This document shows, one piece after another, positions 40,705 to 50,525 of a stretch of DNA of 64,000 nucleotides. Made by a program: the position numbers and the translations under genes. Origin of the DNA: an uncultured Chloroflexia bacterium (GTDB taxonomy: Bacteria; Chloroflexota; Limnocylindria; Limnocylindrales; CSP1-4); NCBI GenBank assembly GCA_963720755.1, contig CAVRGP010000011.1, positions 608,001 through 672,000 of the forward strand. Reading direction: 5' to 3'. A model generated the notes under the pieces. It worked only from the letters and a program-made list of their open reading frames with translations, did no database searches and was not told the origin of the DNA. Every line of letters starts with the position of its first letter. Positions within the stretch are counted from its first letter, which is position 1.

Positions 40705-40729
40705 GTTTTGTGCGAGAGGAACACAAAAC
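40705..40729. promoter_or_regulatory. Putative XylR operator upstream of xylA
   Basis: 25-bp dyad GTTTTGTG-N9-CACAAAAC. Confidence 0.7.
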
Positions 40730-40797
40730 CGGTACGGCCGCGATGGGCGCGGTTCTCGGGATCGCATCCGGACCGGCAGATCCGTAGCGGCGCGGCC

Positions 40798-41352
40798 TCA
40801 ACCTCCCCGGCGACCAGGCATGACCGCCACGACGATCAGGATGACGCCGAGCCCGATGAGGATCAACGGCCACCACGAGCCGTAGTCGATGGCGGGGACG
40901 AGTTGGCGAACGAGGAAGGCCGCCCCCAGGAGGATGAGGATCAGGCCACCGATCAACCCGCCCTGGCCCTGACGGGCCGGGTCGCGGCGGGCCCGCCGGG
41001 TCGCTGTCGGAGCTGCCATGCCCGGGGAAGCGGGGGCGGTGCCGGCGCTGGCGACGCGGGCGGTTTCGGTGCCCGCCGGATCGGCACTGCCCGGTACGGC
41101 GCCTTGGTTCGGGTCGGCAGCGGTGGTCGATGCCCCGCTGGACGCCAGTCCGTCGAGCGGTTCGCCCTCGGGCACGACGATGGCCATCACGATGTACACG
41201 AGGAGCGCCAGGCCACCGGTCAGGAAGATGAGCACCGCCCAGACGATCCGGATCAACGACGGGTCCGCGTCCAGATGTTCGGCGAGACCGCCCGCCACAC
41301 CGGCGATCATCCGGTCGTCCGGGGAACGGTAGAGACGATCAGCCACAGCCAT
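40798..41352 (-). CDS. PspC domain + LiaF-like TM domain protein
   Basis: RLYRS.DDRMIAGVAGGLA, C-terminal WWPLILIGLG. Confidence 0.85.
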   Translation of the reverse strand: MAVADRLYRSPDDRMIAGVAGGLAEHLDADPSLIRIVWAVLIFLTGGLALLVYIVMAIVVPEGEPLDGLASSGASTTAADPNQGAVPGSADPAGTETARVASAGTAPASPGMAAPTATRRARRDPARQGQGGLIGGLILILLGAAFLVRQLVPAIDYGSWWPLILIGLGVILIVVAVMPGRRGG

Positions 41353-42316
41353 CCTCCGGGTCGAGCTGGATGGATCCCGCATTCGCAGTGGTTTCTAGGT
41401 CGATTCGCACCGTCGCGTCATCGAAGCCGGGTGTGGTCCACGTGGTGCCGTCCTGGACGAGTCCGTGGCCGCCGAAGTCATAGCTGCCAAGGAAGCTATC
41501 ACCCGTCCGGAATCGGAGGCCGGCAGCGGGTGGGGCACAGATCCGAGCACTGCCCGCGTTCAGGTGGATGGATCCGGTCATCGACACGTCCGGGAGAGTG
41601 ACCCCGATCGAGCCGGCATTGAGCTCGAAGTCGATGTCGTCGATGGCCCCGACCGAGGTCAGGTCCACCGTCGCCGAGCCGGCGTTCGTCTGCAGGTCCA
41701 TCGTCCCGAGGGTCGCGCCGGCCAGGACGAGCTTCGCCTCGCCGGCATTCACCTGCACGTCGAGGTCGAGCCGCGGGCCTCCCGGGAGGGTCACCTGCCA
41801 CGTCTCGCGCGTGGCCGCGAGCCAGAATGGACCTTGCTGGTCCGCGCTGCGGATCCGCAGTGACGAGGCGTCCGCACTGACGTCCGGCCCATCGCCATCG
41901 GCACTCCGGCCGGCGATCTGCCACGCGTCACCCGAGGCTGCGGTCACGTCGATGGTTCCGCAGTCGAGCTGGAGATCCACGGTGCCCGAGTTCGAGATCG
42001 ACCCCTGCCGCTCCGGGAAGGCGACGGTCCCGGTCGTGGATCCGCACGACGCGACGGAGGTCGAGGCGACCCCTCCGCTGAGCAGGCCGCCGACCATCAG
42101 TCCGAGGGTCACCGCCACGATCACGCCGCCGATCAGGCCGAAGCGGGTGCGAGAGAGGACCAGCCCGAGGCCGATCCCGATCAGGATCAAGGGCCACAAC
42201 TGCCACCAGCCGGATACCTGCTGCTCAGTCAGGTAGCCGGCCCGGACCGCGAGGGGGATCCCCCCGGCCAGGATCAGGAAGATGCCCCAGCCGAGGAACG
42301 ATCGCCGGATGCGCAT
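41339..42316 (-). CDS. LiaF/LiaG-like membrane protein with toast-rack repeat domain
   Basis: WQLWPLILIGIGL TM block; repeated NAGS/NAGE beta motifs; TAACCT 6 nt before ATG. Confidence 0.7.
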   Translation of the reverse strand: MRIRRSFLGWGIFLILAGGIPLAVRAGYLTEQQVSGWWQLWPLILIGIGLGLVLSRTRFGLIGGVIVAVTLGLMVGGLLSGGVASTSVASCGSTTGTVAFPERQGSISNSGTVDLQLDCGTIDVTAASGDAWQIAGRSADGDGPDVSADASSLRIRSADQQGPFWLAATRETWQVTLPGGPRLDLDVQVNAGEAKLVLAGATLGTMDLQTNAGSATVDLTSVGAIDDIDFELNAGSIGVTLPDVSMTGSIHLNAGSARICAPPAAGLRFRTGDSFLGSYDFGGHGLVQDGTTWTTPGFDDATVRIDLETTANAGSIQLDPEDGCG

Positions 42317-42417
42317 GGGCAAAGGTTAGCGAACGCGTCCAGTCCCAGGACGGGCCGAATGGCACCGATTCGGACCGATTCGGTGTGCTAGCCTCGAACC
42401 CTGTTCCGGAGGTTCCC

Positions 42418-42939
42418 GTGCGGCTCAGTGGTTGGCGAGCGAGCGCTCCGTTCAAGGACTCCGTCTCGCCCAAGGTCCTTGCGGTCGTTGGCGAGTCCCT
42501 CGCCTTGCTCGGTGCGGATGCCGATCCGGAATGCTGGGTGGTCTGGGGCGACGACCCTGCGGTGCGATACCTGCTGTTCGTCCCGACGGCGAGCGGACTG
42601 GTCCAGGTGAATGTCCGGGTCAACGTCCCAGGCGAGGGGCCCAGAAGCAGCGGCAAGATCGTCCGCTGGAACCGCACCCAGTTCGGTGAACTCGCGGTCG
42701 AAATCCACGGCGGGCATCGGCTGGTCACGTTCCAGGTCGAGGCCCAGGCGCTGCACGGCGCCGACGACGACGCGGATGCCATCTCGACGTTCGCCCAGAC
42801 CCTGTTCGCGGCCGTCGACGGGCGGCCGATCCAGGCGCCGACCATCCCGAAGAGGCCGCGGCGGTCGTCGATCCCGAAGAGTCGAGCCGTTTCCACTGCC
42901 GGGAAGTCCGGCCGCCCGTCGGCCAGCCAGGGGTCGTGA
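42418..42939 (+). CDS. Hypothetical protein
   Basis: GGAGG SD before GTG 42418, good codon usage, GTGA overlap with next gene. Confidence 0.65.
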   Translation: MRLSGWRASAPFKDSVSPKVLAVVGESLALLGADADPECWVVWGDDPAVRYLLFVPTASGLVQVNVRVNVPGEGPRSSGKIVRWNRTQFGELAVEIHGGHRLVTFQVEAQALHGADDDADAISTFAQTLFAAVDGRPIQAPTIPKRPRRSSIPKSRAVSTAGKSGRPSASQGS

Positions 42940-43640
42940 CACCGGTCGAAGCGGTCATCTTCGACCTGGATGGTGTCCTCGTCGACTCCGAGATCTGGTG
43001 GGACGAGATCCGGATCGCCTTCGCCGCGCGCTACGGCCGGTCATGGGGTCGGGCTGACCAGGCAGCCGTCATGGGGGCCAACTCGGCCGCCTGGGCGCGG
43101 ATCATGCGTGAACGTCTCGACCTTGATCTCGATGGATCCATGATCGAGCGCGAGATCGTCGACAGCGTGGTCGACCGATATCGGCGGGAAGGCCCACCGG
43201 TCATCCCCGGGGCGGCCGAGACCGTGCGCCGGATCGCCGGCGGCTGGCCGGTCGCCCTCGCGTCATCCGCCCACCCCGCGGTCATCGCGGCCGCCCTGGA
43301 CGCGAGTGGTTTGACGGACGTGCTGCGCGTCGCCGTCTCGTCCGATGAGGTCGCCCACGGGAAGCCGGCTCCGGATGTCTACCTCGAAGCCGCTCGCCGT
43401 CTCGACGTCCGCCCGGCCGGTTGTCTCGTCATCGAGGACTCGTTCAACGGCGTCCGCGCCGGCAAGGCTGCCGGGATGACGGTCGCCCTCGTGCCGAACG
43501 CAAGCGTGCCGCCCGCCCCGGGCACCGCGGACCTGGCCGACGTCGTGCTGGAGCGGCTGGCCGACCTGGACCCTGCCGCGATCGCGGCCGAACCTGCCCC
43601 TGGCGTGGCGGGTCTGGCATACTTCGACCGGCCCGACTGA
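42936..43640 (+). CDS. HAD-family phosphatase
   Basis: FDLDGVLVDSE, GKPAPDVY, EDSFNG. Confidence 0.9.
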   Translation: MTPVEAVIFDLDGVLVDSEIWWDEIRIAFAARYGRSWGRADQAAVMGANSAAWARIMRERLDLDLDGSMIEREIVDSVVDRYRREGPPVIPGAAETVRRIAGGWPVALASSAHPAVIAAALDASGLTDVLRVAVSSDEVAHGKPAPDVYLEAARRLDVRPAGCLVIEDSFNGVRAGKAAGMTVALVPNASVPPAPGTADLADVVLERLADLDPAAIAAEPAPGVAGLAYFDRPD

Positions 43641-43652
43641 GCAGGAGGAACC

Positions 43653-44018
43653 GTGGCTGCGACCGGCCTTTCCGCAGATCCGACCGAATACCGAGCACGG
43701 CTCGCCGACCAGGATGACGAGCAGATCGACGCCTGGACGGCGGAGTTGATGCGGGATGTCGTCATCCGGCGGGGGATCGTGAAAGTCGTCGACGATTTCC
43801 GGCGCGCCACCCGACTCGATGAACCCGGATTCGAACGCGTGTTCGCTTCTGGGGGTGGACCCCCGGCTGTGATCGGTCGAGACCGGGCTGGACGACTGGT
43901 GGTGCCGGCGACGACGCTGTTCGCCCTCGTGCCCGGGATCCGAGCGCAGGTGCCCGACGGGCGCGAGCGACTGATCGAATACCTGGCCGAGAACTTCGAC
44001 GAGATCGTCTACGTCTGA
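43653..44018 (+). CDS. Hypothetical protein
   Basis: AGGAGG SD, GTG start, operonic position. Confidence 0.7.
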   Translation: MAATGLSADPTEYRARLADQDDEQIDAWTAELMRDVVIRRGIVKVVDDFRRATRLDEPGFERVFASGGGPPAVIGRDRAGRLVVPATTLFALVPGIRAQVPDGRERLIEYLAENFDEIVYV

Positions 44019-44859
44019 GCGGGGAGTCGGTGGCCTGATCCGGCTGATCCACCCCTTTCCCTCGATCCTCGACGGTGTCGTCGTCGCCGCGGTCGCGCTG
44101 GTGGCCGGTGCTGACACCGGTACCGCGTTCCGGCTCGCTGTCTCCATGGTGGCCCTGCAGGGCTCGATCGGCGCCCTCAACGACCTGATCGACGCGAGGA
44201 CCGATGCCGAGCAGAAGCCGGGCAAGCCGATCCCCGCCGGTTCGGTCAGCACCCAGGGCGCCGGCGTCGTCGTCATCGTCGGCGCGGCCGTGGGACTTGG
44301 CCTCGCGCTCCCGTCCGGTCCCGCGCTTGTCGTCCTGGCCGTGATCGGCCTCGCGATCGGCTACGGCTACGACCTTCGTTTCAAGGGCACGGCCTGGTCC
44401 TGGGTGCCGTTCGCGGGCGGGATCCCACTCCTGCCCATCTACGGCTGGCTCGGGGTGACGGGGTCGATGGCCCCCTGGTTCATGATCCTCGTGCCCCTCG
44501 CCGTGGTCGCGGGAAGCGCACTGGCGGTGGCCAACGCCCGCGCGGATGCCGATCGCGACCGGTCGGCCGGGCTTGACTCGGTGGCCATCCGCCTCGGTCC
44601 CGATCGATCGTGGTCGGTCAACGCGGCGTTGCTTGCCGTGGTGGTCGTGGTCGCGGTCGGGTCATCGGTCGTCAGCGGGGCGCCATGGCCGGCTGTCCTC
44701 GGGGCCGGGGCCGGCGCCCTGGTGGTGGCCGTCGGCGTGGTGGTCGGCCGGTCGTCGGACCCACATCGACAGGAGCTTGCGTGGGAGGTCGAGGCGATCG
44801 GGCTCGGGATCCTCGCGACCGGTTGGCTGGCGGGCGCGGTGACGGCCGGACTCGCCTGA
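44011..44859 (+). CDS. UbiA-family prenyltransferase (start uncertain: ACG 44011 or GTG 44101)
   Basis: LIHPFPS, NDLIDARTD..KP.KPIP, second acidic motif NARADADRD. Confidence 0.75.
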   Translation, partial: TSERGVGGLIRLIHPFPSILDGVVVAAVALVAGADTGTAFRLAVSMVALQGSIGALNDLIDARTDAEQKPGKPIPAGSVSTQGAGVVVIVGAAVGLGLALPSGPALVVLAVIGLAIGYGYDLRFKGTAWSWVPFAGGIPLLPIYGWLGVTGSMAPWFMILVPLAVVAGSALAVANARADADRDRSAGLDSVAIRLGPDRSWSVNAALLAVVVVVAVGSSVVSGAPWPAVLGAGAGALVVAVGVVVGRSSDPHRQELAWEVEAIGLGILATGWLAGAVTAGLA

Positions 44860-44869
44860 CCGTCCTCGG

Positions 44870-45907
44870 TCAGTACCCGGCGTCGTCGCTTCTGACGAGG
44901 GCGATCGCGTTCTCGAGTCGGAGCTTCGCGATGGTCAGGTACTTGGCGAGGTTCGCCCGGTCTGTCGCTCCGATGGCCCCACGGACCTCCGGGCTCGCCA
45001 GGACCCCGACCAACTCCTCGACCGCATCGGCCAGGCCCTGCTTGGCGACCACGAGCGAGTCGTCGCCGATGAGTCGTGGCGCGGCGTCGTCCGAGCGCCA
45101 GGTCGGCCCTTCCGACGACTCGGCTTCGCTCGGGGTCGTGTCCGCCGAGTCGATCTCGTCACTGATGGCGATCTCCATCGTGGGATCGGCGACGGCATCC
45201 TGCCGCGGTCGGCGTCCCTCGATCTTGTCTCGAAGCTTGATCAGGGTCAGCTCGCCTCGGGCGACCTGCTCCGCAAGGCGACGCCGCTTCCTCGGGTCGG
45301 TCACCTTCATCAGCTCGTACGCATGCGACAGACTGTCCTTGCGCAAAGACACGAGTTCGCGGACCTCGGGCGGCGCGTCCGCGAGCCGGAGCCGGTTCTC
45401 GAGATAGCCCTTGTCCTTGCCCAGCTTGTCGGCGAGCTTGCGGATGCTGTAGCCATGCTCGTGGACCATTCGGTCGTACATGGCCGCTTCATCGAGCGGC
45501 GTGAGGTCCTCTCGCTGGAGGTTTTCGATGATCGCGATCTCGAGGGCCGTGTCGTCGTCGATCTCCTCGATGAGGGCCGGGATCGTGGTCAAGCCGGCCT
45601 GCCGTGAGGCTCGCCACCGACGTTCGCCGGCGACGATCTGGTAGGTATTGGGACCGAGCGGTCGGACGAGGATCGGTTGGAGGACGCCGTGCTCCCGGAT
45701 CGATGCCGACAGTTCGTCGAGGGCATCCTGTTCGAAGAGCATCCGCGGTTGTTCCGGGTTCGGTTCGATATGGTCGATCGGAACGACGCGAACACCGACC
45801 GACCGGGTCGGGCTGTCGGGCGTCAGCAGGCTGACGATGGCGGGGGAGAGGGCCGTGTCCTCGGACAGGCGTCGGGCGGCTGCCGCGCGGAAATCAGTGC
45901 GAGCCAA
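44870..45907 (-). CDS. parB: ParB/Spo0J partition protein
   Basis: PNPEQPR, GVLQPILVR, GERRWRA, ENLQREDL, HTH. Confidence 0.92.
   Translation of the reverse strand: MARTDFRAAAARRLSEDTALSPAIVSLLTPDSPTRSVGVRVVPIDHIEPNPEQPRMLFEQDALDELSASIREHGVLQPILVRPLGPNTYQIVAGERRWRASRQAGLTTIPALIEEIDDDTALEIAIIENLQREDLTPLDEAAMYDRMVHEHGYSIRKLADKLGKDKGYLENRLRLADAPPEVRELVSLRKDSLSHAYELMKVTDPRKRRRLAEQVARGELTLIKLRDKIEGRRPRQDAVADPTMEIAISDEIDSADTTPSEAESSEGPTWRSDDAAPRLIGDDSLVVAKQGLADAVEELVGVLASPEVRGAIGATDRANLAKYLTIAKLRLENAIALVRSDDAGY
45335..45350. repeat. 16-bp palindrome copy 1 (candidate parS), inside parB
   Basis: GTCCTTGCGCAAAGAC. Confidence 0.6.
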
Positions 45908-46664
45908 GTTCGATCACCTCCCGGGCAAGCTGGCGATACGTCCTCGCCGCGTCCGTGTTGCTGGCATACGTCGTGATCGGCCGTCCGACCAGTGGCGCCT
46001 CGCCCAACTTGACCGTGTTCCGAACGATGCTCGTGAAGACGTGGTGATCGCCGACGGTCCGCAGTTCCTCGAGCATGTCCTTGGCCAGATTGGTCCGTCC
46101 GTCAAAGAACGTCGGCAACAAGCCGAGGATCCGGAGGTCGCGATTCAGTTTGAGGCGGATGGCGTTGATGACCTTGACCAGGTTGTTGAGGCCCTTCATC
46201 GCGTAGTACTGCGTCTGGACCGGGATGATGACCCCGTCGGATGCGACCAGCCCGTTCACCGTCAGCAGGCCGAGGTTCGGCGGGCAATCGATGAGGACGT
46301 AGTCGTACACCGCGATCTGCCCATCGAACGCTTCACGCAGGATGCCCTCGCGGCCGAGTGCCGTGAACAGTTCGCCTTCTGTGGAAGCCAGGTCGATGTG
46401 TGCCGGGGCGACGTCGATGCCTTCTGTCCCCGTGGCGATGATCACGTCGCTGAGTGACGACCGACCATCGGCCAGTACATCGGCCATCGACTGCTCGACC
46501 GTATTGAGGTTGATGCCGAGCCCGGCGGTCAGGTTTGCCTGCGGATCCATGTCGACGCACAGGATCCGGTACCCCTCTTCCGCAAGCGCGCCGGCCAGAT
46601 TGATCGCCGTCGTGGTCTTGCCGACCCCGCCCTTCTGATTGGCGATCGCGATCACGTTCGTCAC
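45894..46664 (-). CDS. parA: ParA/Soj ATPase
   Basis: [29 protein letters not shown]. Confidence 0.93.
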   Translation of the reverse strand: MTNVIAIANQKGGVGKTTTAINLAGALAEEGYRILCVDMDPQANLTAGLGINLNTVEQSMADVLADGRSSLSDVIIATGTEGIDVAPAHIDLASTEGELFTALGREGILREAFDGQIAVYDYVLIDCPPNLGLLTVNGLVASDGVIIPVQTQYYAMKGLNNLVKVINAIRLKLNRDLRILGLLPTFFDGRTNLAKDMLEELRTVGDHHVFTSIVRNTVKLGEAPLVGRPITTYASNTDAARTYRQLAREVIELGSH

Positions 46665-46768
46665 CTGGGCTGCACCTCAAGTTGTCGTGGAGGCGGCACA
46701 TCGGCCGTCGGGTCCCGGAATGGATTCGTGCCATGGTACCCCCGCGGCGTGCACCCAGGGCACCCTGG

Positions 46769-46811
46769 TTATCCACACGCTTTGGAAGTTGTTCACCGAA
46801 TTTGTGGATAT
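46769..46811. promoter_or_regulatory. DnaA boxes upstream of parA
   Basis: Perfect TTATCCACA 46769-46777; TGTGGATAT (1 mismatch, opposite strand) 46803-46811. Confidence 0.6.
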
Positions 46812-46856
46812 CCCGAACGTCGCAAGTGGGGCGGTCGGGGCAGATATGATGGTCGC

Positions 46857-46872
46857 GTCCTTGCGCAAAGAC
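46857..46872. repeat. 16-bp palindrome copy 2 (candidate parS)
   Basis: GTCCTTGCGCAAAGAC in parA/pccB intergenic region. Confidence 0.6.
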
Positions 46873-46895
46873 AGTCGATAAGGAGCGCCGAACGC

Positions 46896-48440
46896 GTGTC
46901 GACGAACGCTGAACGGTTCGCACGCCTGGATGCGATGCGCGCGTCGTCACGATCGGGTGGCGGTGTCGCGCGGGTCAAACGGCAACATGATGCAGGCAAG
47001 TTGACTGCTCGGGAGCGCCTGGAGCTGCTGCTCGATCCGGGCTCCTTCGTCGAACTCGGTGCGTTCGTGATGAACCGTGATCCAGGCAAGTCCGGATCGT
47101 TCCTTGGCGATGGCGTCGTGACGGGTCACGGCGAGATCGATGGCCGAACAGTCTTCGTCTTCAGCCAGGACTTCACGATCTTCGGAGGCTCCTTGTCGGA
47201 GGCCTACGCCGAGAAGATCTGCAAGGTGATGGATCTGGCGACGCGGGTCGGGGCGCCGATCATCGGCCTGAACGATTCGGGCGGCGCCCGGATCCAGGAA
47301 GGGGTCGTCTCGCTCGGCGGATATGCGGATATCTTCCTGCGCAACGTGCTGGCGTCCGGGGTCGTGCCACAGATCTCGGTCGTCCTCGGACCATGCGCCG
47401 GTGGCGCGGTCTATTCGCCGGCGATCACGGACTTCACGATCATGGCCGAGACAACGAGCTACATGTTCGTCACCGGACCAGGTGTGGTGAAGACCGTGAC
47501 CCACGAGGATGTCGATGCGGAGTTCCTCGGCGGCGCGGTGACTCACACCACGCGCAGCGGAGTCGCCCATTTCGCCGCACCCGATGAAGCCCATGCGCTC
47601 GACACGGTTCGCGACCTGCTCGCCTATCTGCCGCAGAACAACATCTCGTCGCCGCCGATCGTGGCGACCCAGGACCCGACCGATCGGGCCGATGTGTCGC
47701 TCGACTCCATCGTCCCGGACGATCCCCGGATGCCGTACGACATGCATGACGTCATCGAGCCGATCATCGATGACCGGGTCTTCCTGGAGGTGCAGCCTGA
47801 TTGGGCGCAGAACATCATCATCGGTTTCGCGCGCCTGGGTGGCCGAAGCGTCGGCGTCGTTGCGCAGCAACCGGCGGTCCTCGCTGGCGCCCTGGATATC
47901 GATGCGTCGGTCAAGGCCGCCAGGTTCGTCCGAACCTGTGATGCGTTCAATGTGCCGCTCGTCACGTTCGTCGATGTGCCGGGGTTCCTGCCGGGCGTGG
48001 ACCAGGAGCACGGGGGCATCATCCGACACGGGGCAAAACTGCTGTACGCGTACGCGGAAGCGACCGTACCCAAACTGACAGTCATCACACGCAAGGCGTA
48101 TGGGGGCGCCTATGACGTCATGAGCAGCAAGCACATCCGCGGGGACATGAATCTCGCCTGGCCGACGGCAGAGATCGCGGTGATGGGCGCGGAAGGGGCG
48201 GTCAATATCATCTACAAGGATGCGATCGCGAACGCCGCCGACCCGGAAGCGGAACGCGAACGACTCGTCTCGGAGTACCGCACCGAGTTCGCGAACCCAT
48301 TCATCGCGGCGGCCCGGGGGTACGTCGACGACGTGATCAAACCTTCTGAGACCCGACCTCGATTGATCCGCGCGCTCGCTCTGTTGGCGGACAAGCGCGA
48401 CAGCAACCCGCGCAAGAAGCATGGCAACATCCCGCTTTGA
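46896..48440 (+). CDS. pccB: Acyl-CoA (propionyl-CoA) carboxylase beta subunit
   Basis: [53 protein letters not shown]. Confidence 0.92.
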   Translation: MSTNAERFARLDAMRASSRSGGGVARVKRQHDAGKLTARERLELLLDPGSFVELGAFVMNRDPGKSGSFLGDGVVTGHGEIDGRTVFVFSQDFTIFGGSLSEAYAEKICKVMDLATRVGAPIIGLNDSGGARIQEGVVSLGGYADIFLRNVLASGVVPQISVVLGPCAGGAVYSPAITDFTIMAETTSYMFVTGPGVVKTVTHEDVDAEFLGGAVTHTTRSGVAHFAAPDEAHALDTVRDLLAYLPQNNISSPPIVATQDPTDRADVSLDSIVPDDPRMPYDMHDVIEPIIDDRVFLEVQPDWAQNIIIGFARLGGRSVGVVAQQPAVLAGALDIDASVKAARFVRTCDAFNVPLVTFVDVPGFLPGVDQEHGGIIRHGAKLLYAYAEATVPKLTVITRKAYGGAYDVMSSKHIRGDMNLAWPTAEIAVMGAEGAVNIIYKDAIANAADPEAERERLVSEYRTEFANPFIAAARGYVDDVIKPSETRPRLIRALALLADKRDSNPRKKHGNIPL

Positions 48441-48458
48441 CCTGGCAGCGGGCAAGCC

Positions 48459-48474
48459 GTCTTTGCGCAAAGAC
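48459..48474. repeat. 16-bp perfect palindrome copy 3 (candidate parS)
   Basis: GTCTTTGCGCAAAGAC (18 bp with C/G flanks), intergenic. Confidence 0.6.
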
Positions 48475-48486
48475 GCGGGCAGCTGG

Positions 48487-50055
48487 ATGACGGGCCAGGT
48501 CCGTCCGTTCGAGCGCGTCCTGATCGCCAACCGAGGTGAGATCGCCGTGCGGATCATCCGCGCGTGCCGGGACCTCGGGATGGAATCGGTCGCGGTGTAC
48601 AGCGACGCGGACGTGGACGCCCGACATGTTCGGATGGCCGATCGGTCCGTGCGGATCGGCCCGGCACAGCCATCGGAGAGCTACCTTCGGATCGAGGCGA
48701 TCACCGAAGCCGCGGTCGCCAACGATGTCGACGCGATCCATCCGGGTTACGGGTTCCTGTCAGAGCGGGCAGCCTTCGCCCGCGCAGTCGAGGATGCAGG
48801 TATCGCGTTCGTCGGTCCGCCATCGGCTGCCATCGATGCGCTCGGGGACAAATTGCACGCCCGGCGGGTCGCTCGGTCGGTCGGCGTCGCCGCGGTGCCG
48901 GGTACGATCGATCCAGCAGCGGTCGAGCGCGCCGACCAGGTCGACGCGATCGTCGCCACGGCGGAGGAGATCGGGTTCCCGCTGCTGGTCAAGGCGGCGG
49001 CCGGCGGCGGTGGTCGTGGCATGCGCCGCGTCGCTGATGCGGCGGGGTTGCCGGCGGCACTCGCCGCCGGGGCGGCGGAGGCGCAGGCGGCCTTCGGTGA
49101 TGGAGCGGTCTATCTCGAGCGAGAACTGCGCCCGGCCAGGCATATCGAAGTCCAGCTCCTCGCTGATACCGCCGGCCAGGTGGTGGCGATCGGGGAGCGG
49201 GACTGCTCGCTGCAACGGCGTCATCAGAAGCTCCTCGAGGAGGCGCCGGCGCCAGGACTGTCGGGCGAGGAGCGCCGACACCTCCATGAACTCGCGGTAC
49301 GGCTTGCGGACGCGGCCGGCCTGCAGAATGCGGCCACGGCCGAATTCCTGCGAACCCCGGACGGCGCGTTCTACTTCCTTGAGGTCAATACGCGGCTGCA
49401 GGTCGAGCACGGCGTGACCGAGCTCGTGACCGGGCTCGACATCGTCAAGGAGCAGTTCTGGCTCGCCGCCGGATACCCGATCTCGCCCGCCGTGCTGAGG
49501 GCCGCCGACGCCGCCACGAACCCGGGCCGGCACGCCATCGAAGTCCGTGTCGCGGCGGAGGATCCCGGCCGAGACTTCGCGCCGGCTCCCGGCGTGGTCA
49601 CCCGATGGACGATGCCGGCCGGCCCCGGGGTCCGAGTCGATACGGGGATCGGATGGGGCGACCGCGTCCCGCCGGAGTACGACAACCTGATCGCCAAGAT
49701 CCTGACCGATGCGGGGGATCGGAATGGTACGATCGATGCCCTGAGGCGCGCACTCGATGAGACCGAGATCGGCGGCTTCCAGACGACCCTGCCGTTCCAT
49801 CGCTTCGTGGCTCGACACGCAGGGTTCCGGGCCGGCGATCTCTCGATCGATTGGGTCGCCGAGCATTGGGACGGCGCCGGAGAACGAGCCCAGGTCGCCC
49901 ACGAGGCGGCGGCTGCTGCCGCGGCTGCCTTCGCGGGTGACGGCCGGTTCGGAGGTGCGGCCGGCCCGGGCGCCGAACCCGGGCCCGGGGCAGCCCTCAG
50001 CGCGGAGTGGGGGAGGCGCGGCCGAATGGACGCCGTCGACCGGTGGCCCCGATGA
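48487..50055 (+). CDS. accC: Biotin carboxylase subunit
   Basis: ANRGEIA, HPGYGFLSE, GGGGRGM, RDCSLQRRHQK, EVNTRLQVEH. Confidence 0.9.
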   Translation: MTGQVRPFERVLIANRGEIAVRIIRACRDLGMESVAVYSDADVDARHVRMADRSVRIGPAQPSESYLRIEAITEAAVANDVDAIHPGYGFLSERAAFARAVEDAGIAFVGPPSAAIDALGDKLHARRVARSVGVAAVPGTIDPAAVERADQVDAIVATAEEIGFPLLVKAAAGGGGRGMRRVADAAGLPAALAAGAAEAQAAFGDGAVYLERELRPARHIEVQLLADTAGQVVAIGERDCSLQRRHQKLLEEAPAPGLSGEERRHLHELAVRLADAAGLQNAATAEFLRTPDGAFYFLEVNTRLQVEHGVTELVTGLDIVKEQFWLAAGYPISPAVLRAADAATNPGRHAIEVRVAAEDPGRDFAPAPGVVTRWTMPAGPGVRVDTGIGWGDRVPPEYDNLIAKILTDAGDRNGTIDALRRALDETEIGGFQTTLPFHRFVARHAGFRAGDLSIDWVAEHWDGAGERAQVAHEAAAAAAAAFAGDGRFGGAAGPGAEPGPGAALSAEWGRRGRMDAVDRWPR

Positions 50056-50525
50056 CCCGGCTCCGAGTCACCGACCGGGTAAGCGGCGAGGTCCTCCTCG
50101 ATGACGAGGTCGATGGCGATGACCACGGGATCATCTCTCGGCCCGATGTCCGCGCAGTCGTCCTCCCGCTCACATCGTCGGGCATGCGTGGCCGGTCGGC
50201 AGTCGAGGTCGTCGTCGAGGGTTGGCGCTTCGAGCTGGAGGTCGAGGACGCGTCGATCGCCGACCTGCGCAGGCGTGCGACAAGCGAGCGAACCGGGTCC
50301 AGCGACCACGGCCCGATCGAGGTTCGTGCCATCATCCCTGGACGAGTCGTCTCGATCGCCGTGGAGATCGGCTCATCCGTGGAACAGGGGCAGCGGCTCC
50401 TTGCCGTGGAGGCGATGAAGATGGAGAACGAGTTGCGTGCGCCGCGGGCCGGGGTCGTCGAGCGCGTGGCGGTCGTCGTCGGGCAGAACATCGAGCTCGG
50501 AGAGATCCTGGTGGTGCTGCGATGA
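50052..50525 (+). CDS. Biotin carboxyl carrier protein
   Basis: EAMKMEN biotinylation motif. Confidence 0.9.
   Translation: MTRLRVTDRVSGEVLLDDEVDGDDHGIISRPDVRAVVLPLTSSGMRGRSAVEVVVEGWRFELEVEDASIADLRRRATSERTGSSDHGPIEVRAIIPGRVVSIAVEIGSSVEQGQRLLAVEAMKMENELRAPRAGVVERVAVVVGQNIELGEILVVLR

Noticed and set aside
46740-46872. oriC
   Set aside because: Only two good DnaA boxes, no clear unwinding element and no dnaA/dnaN nearby
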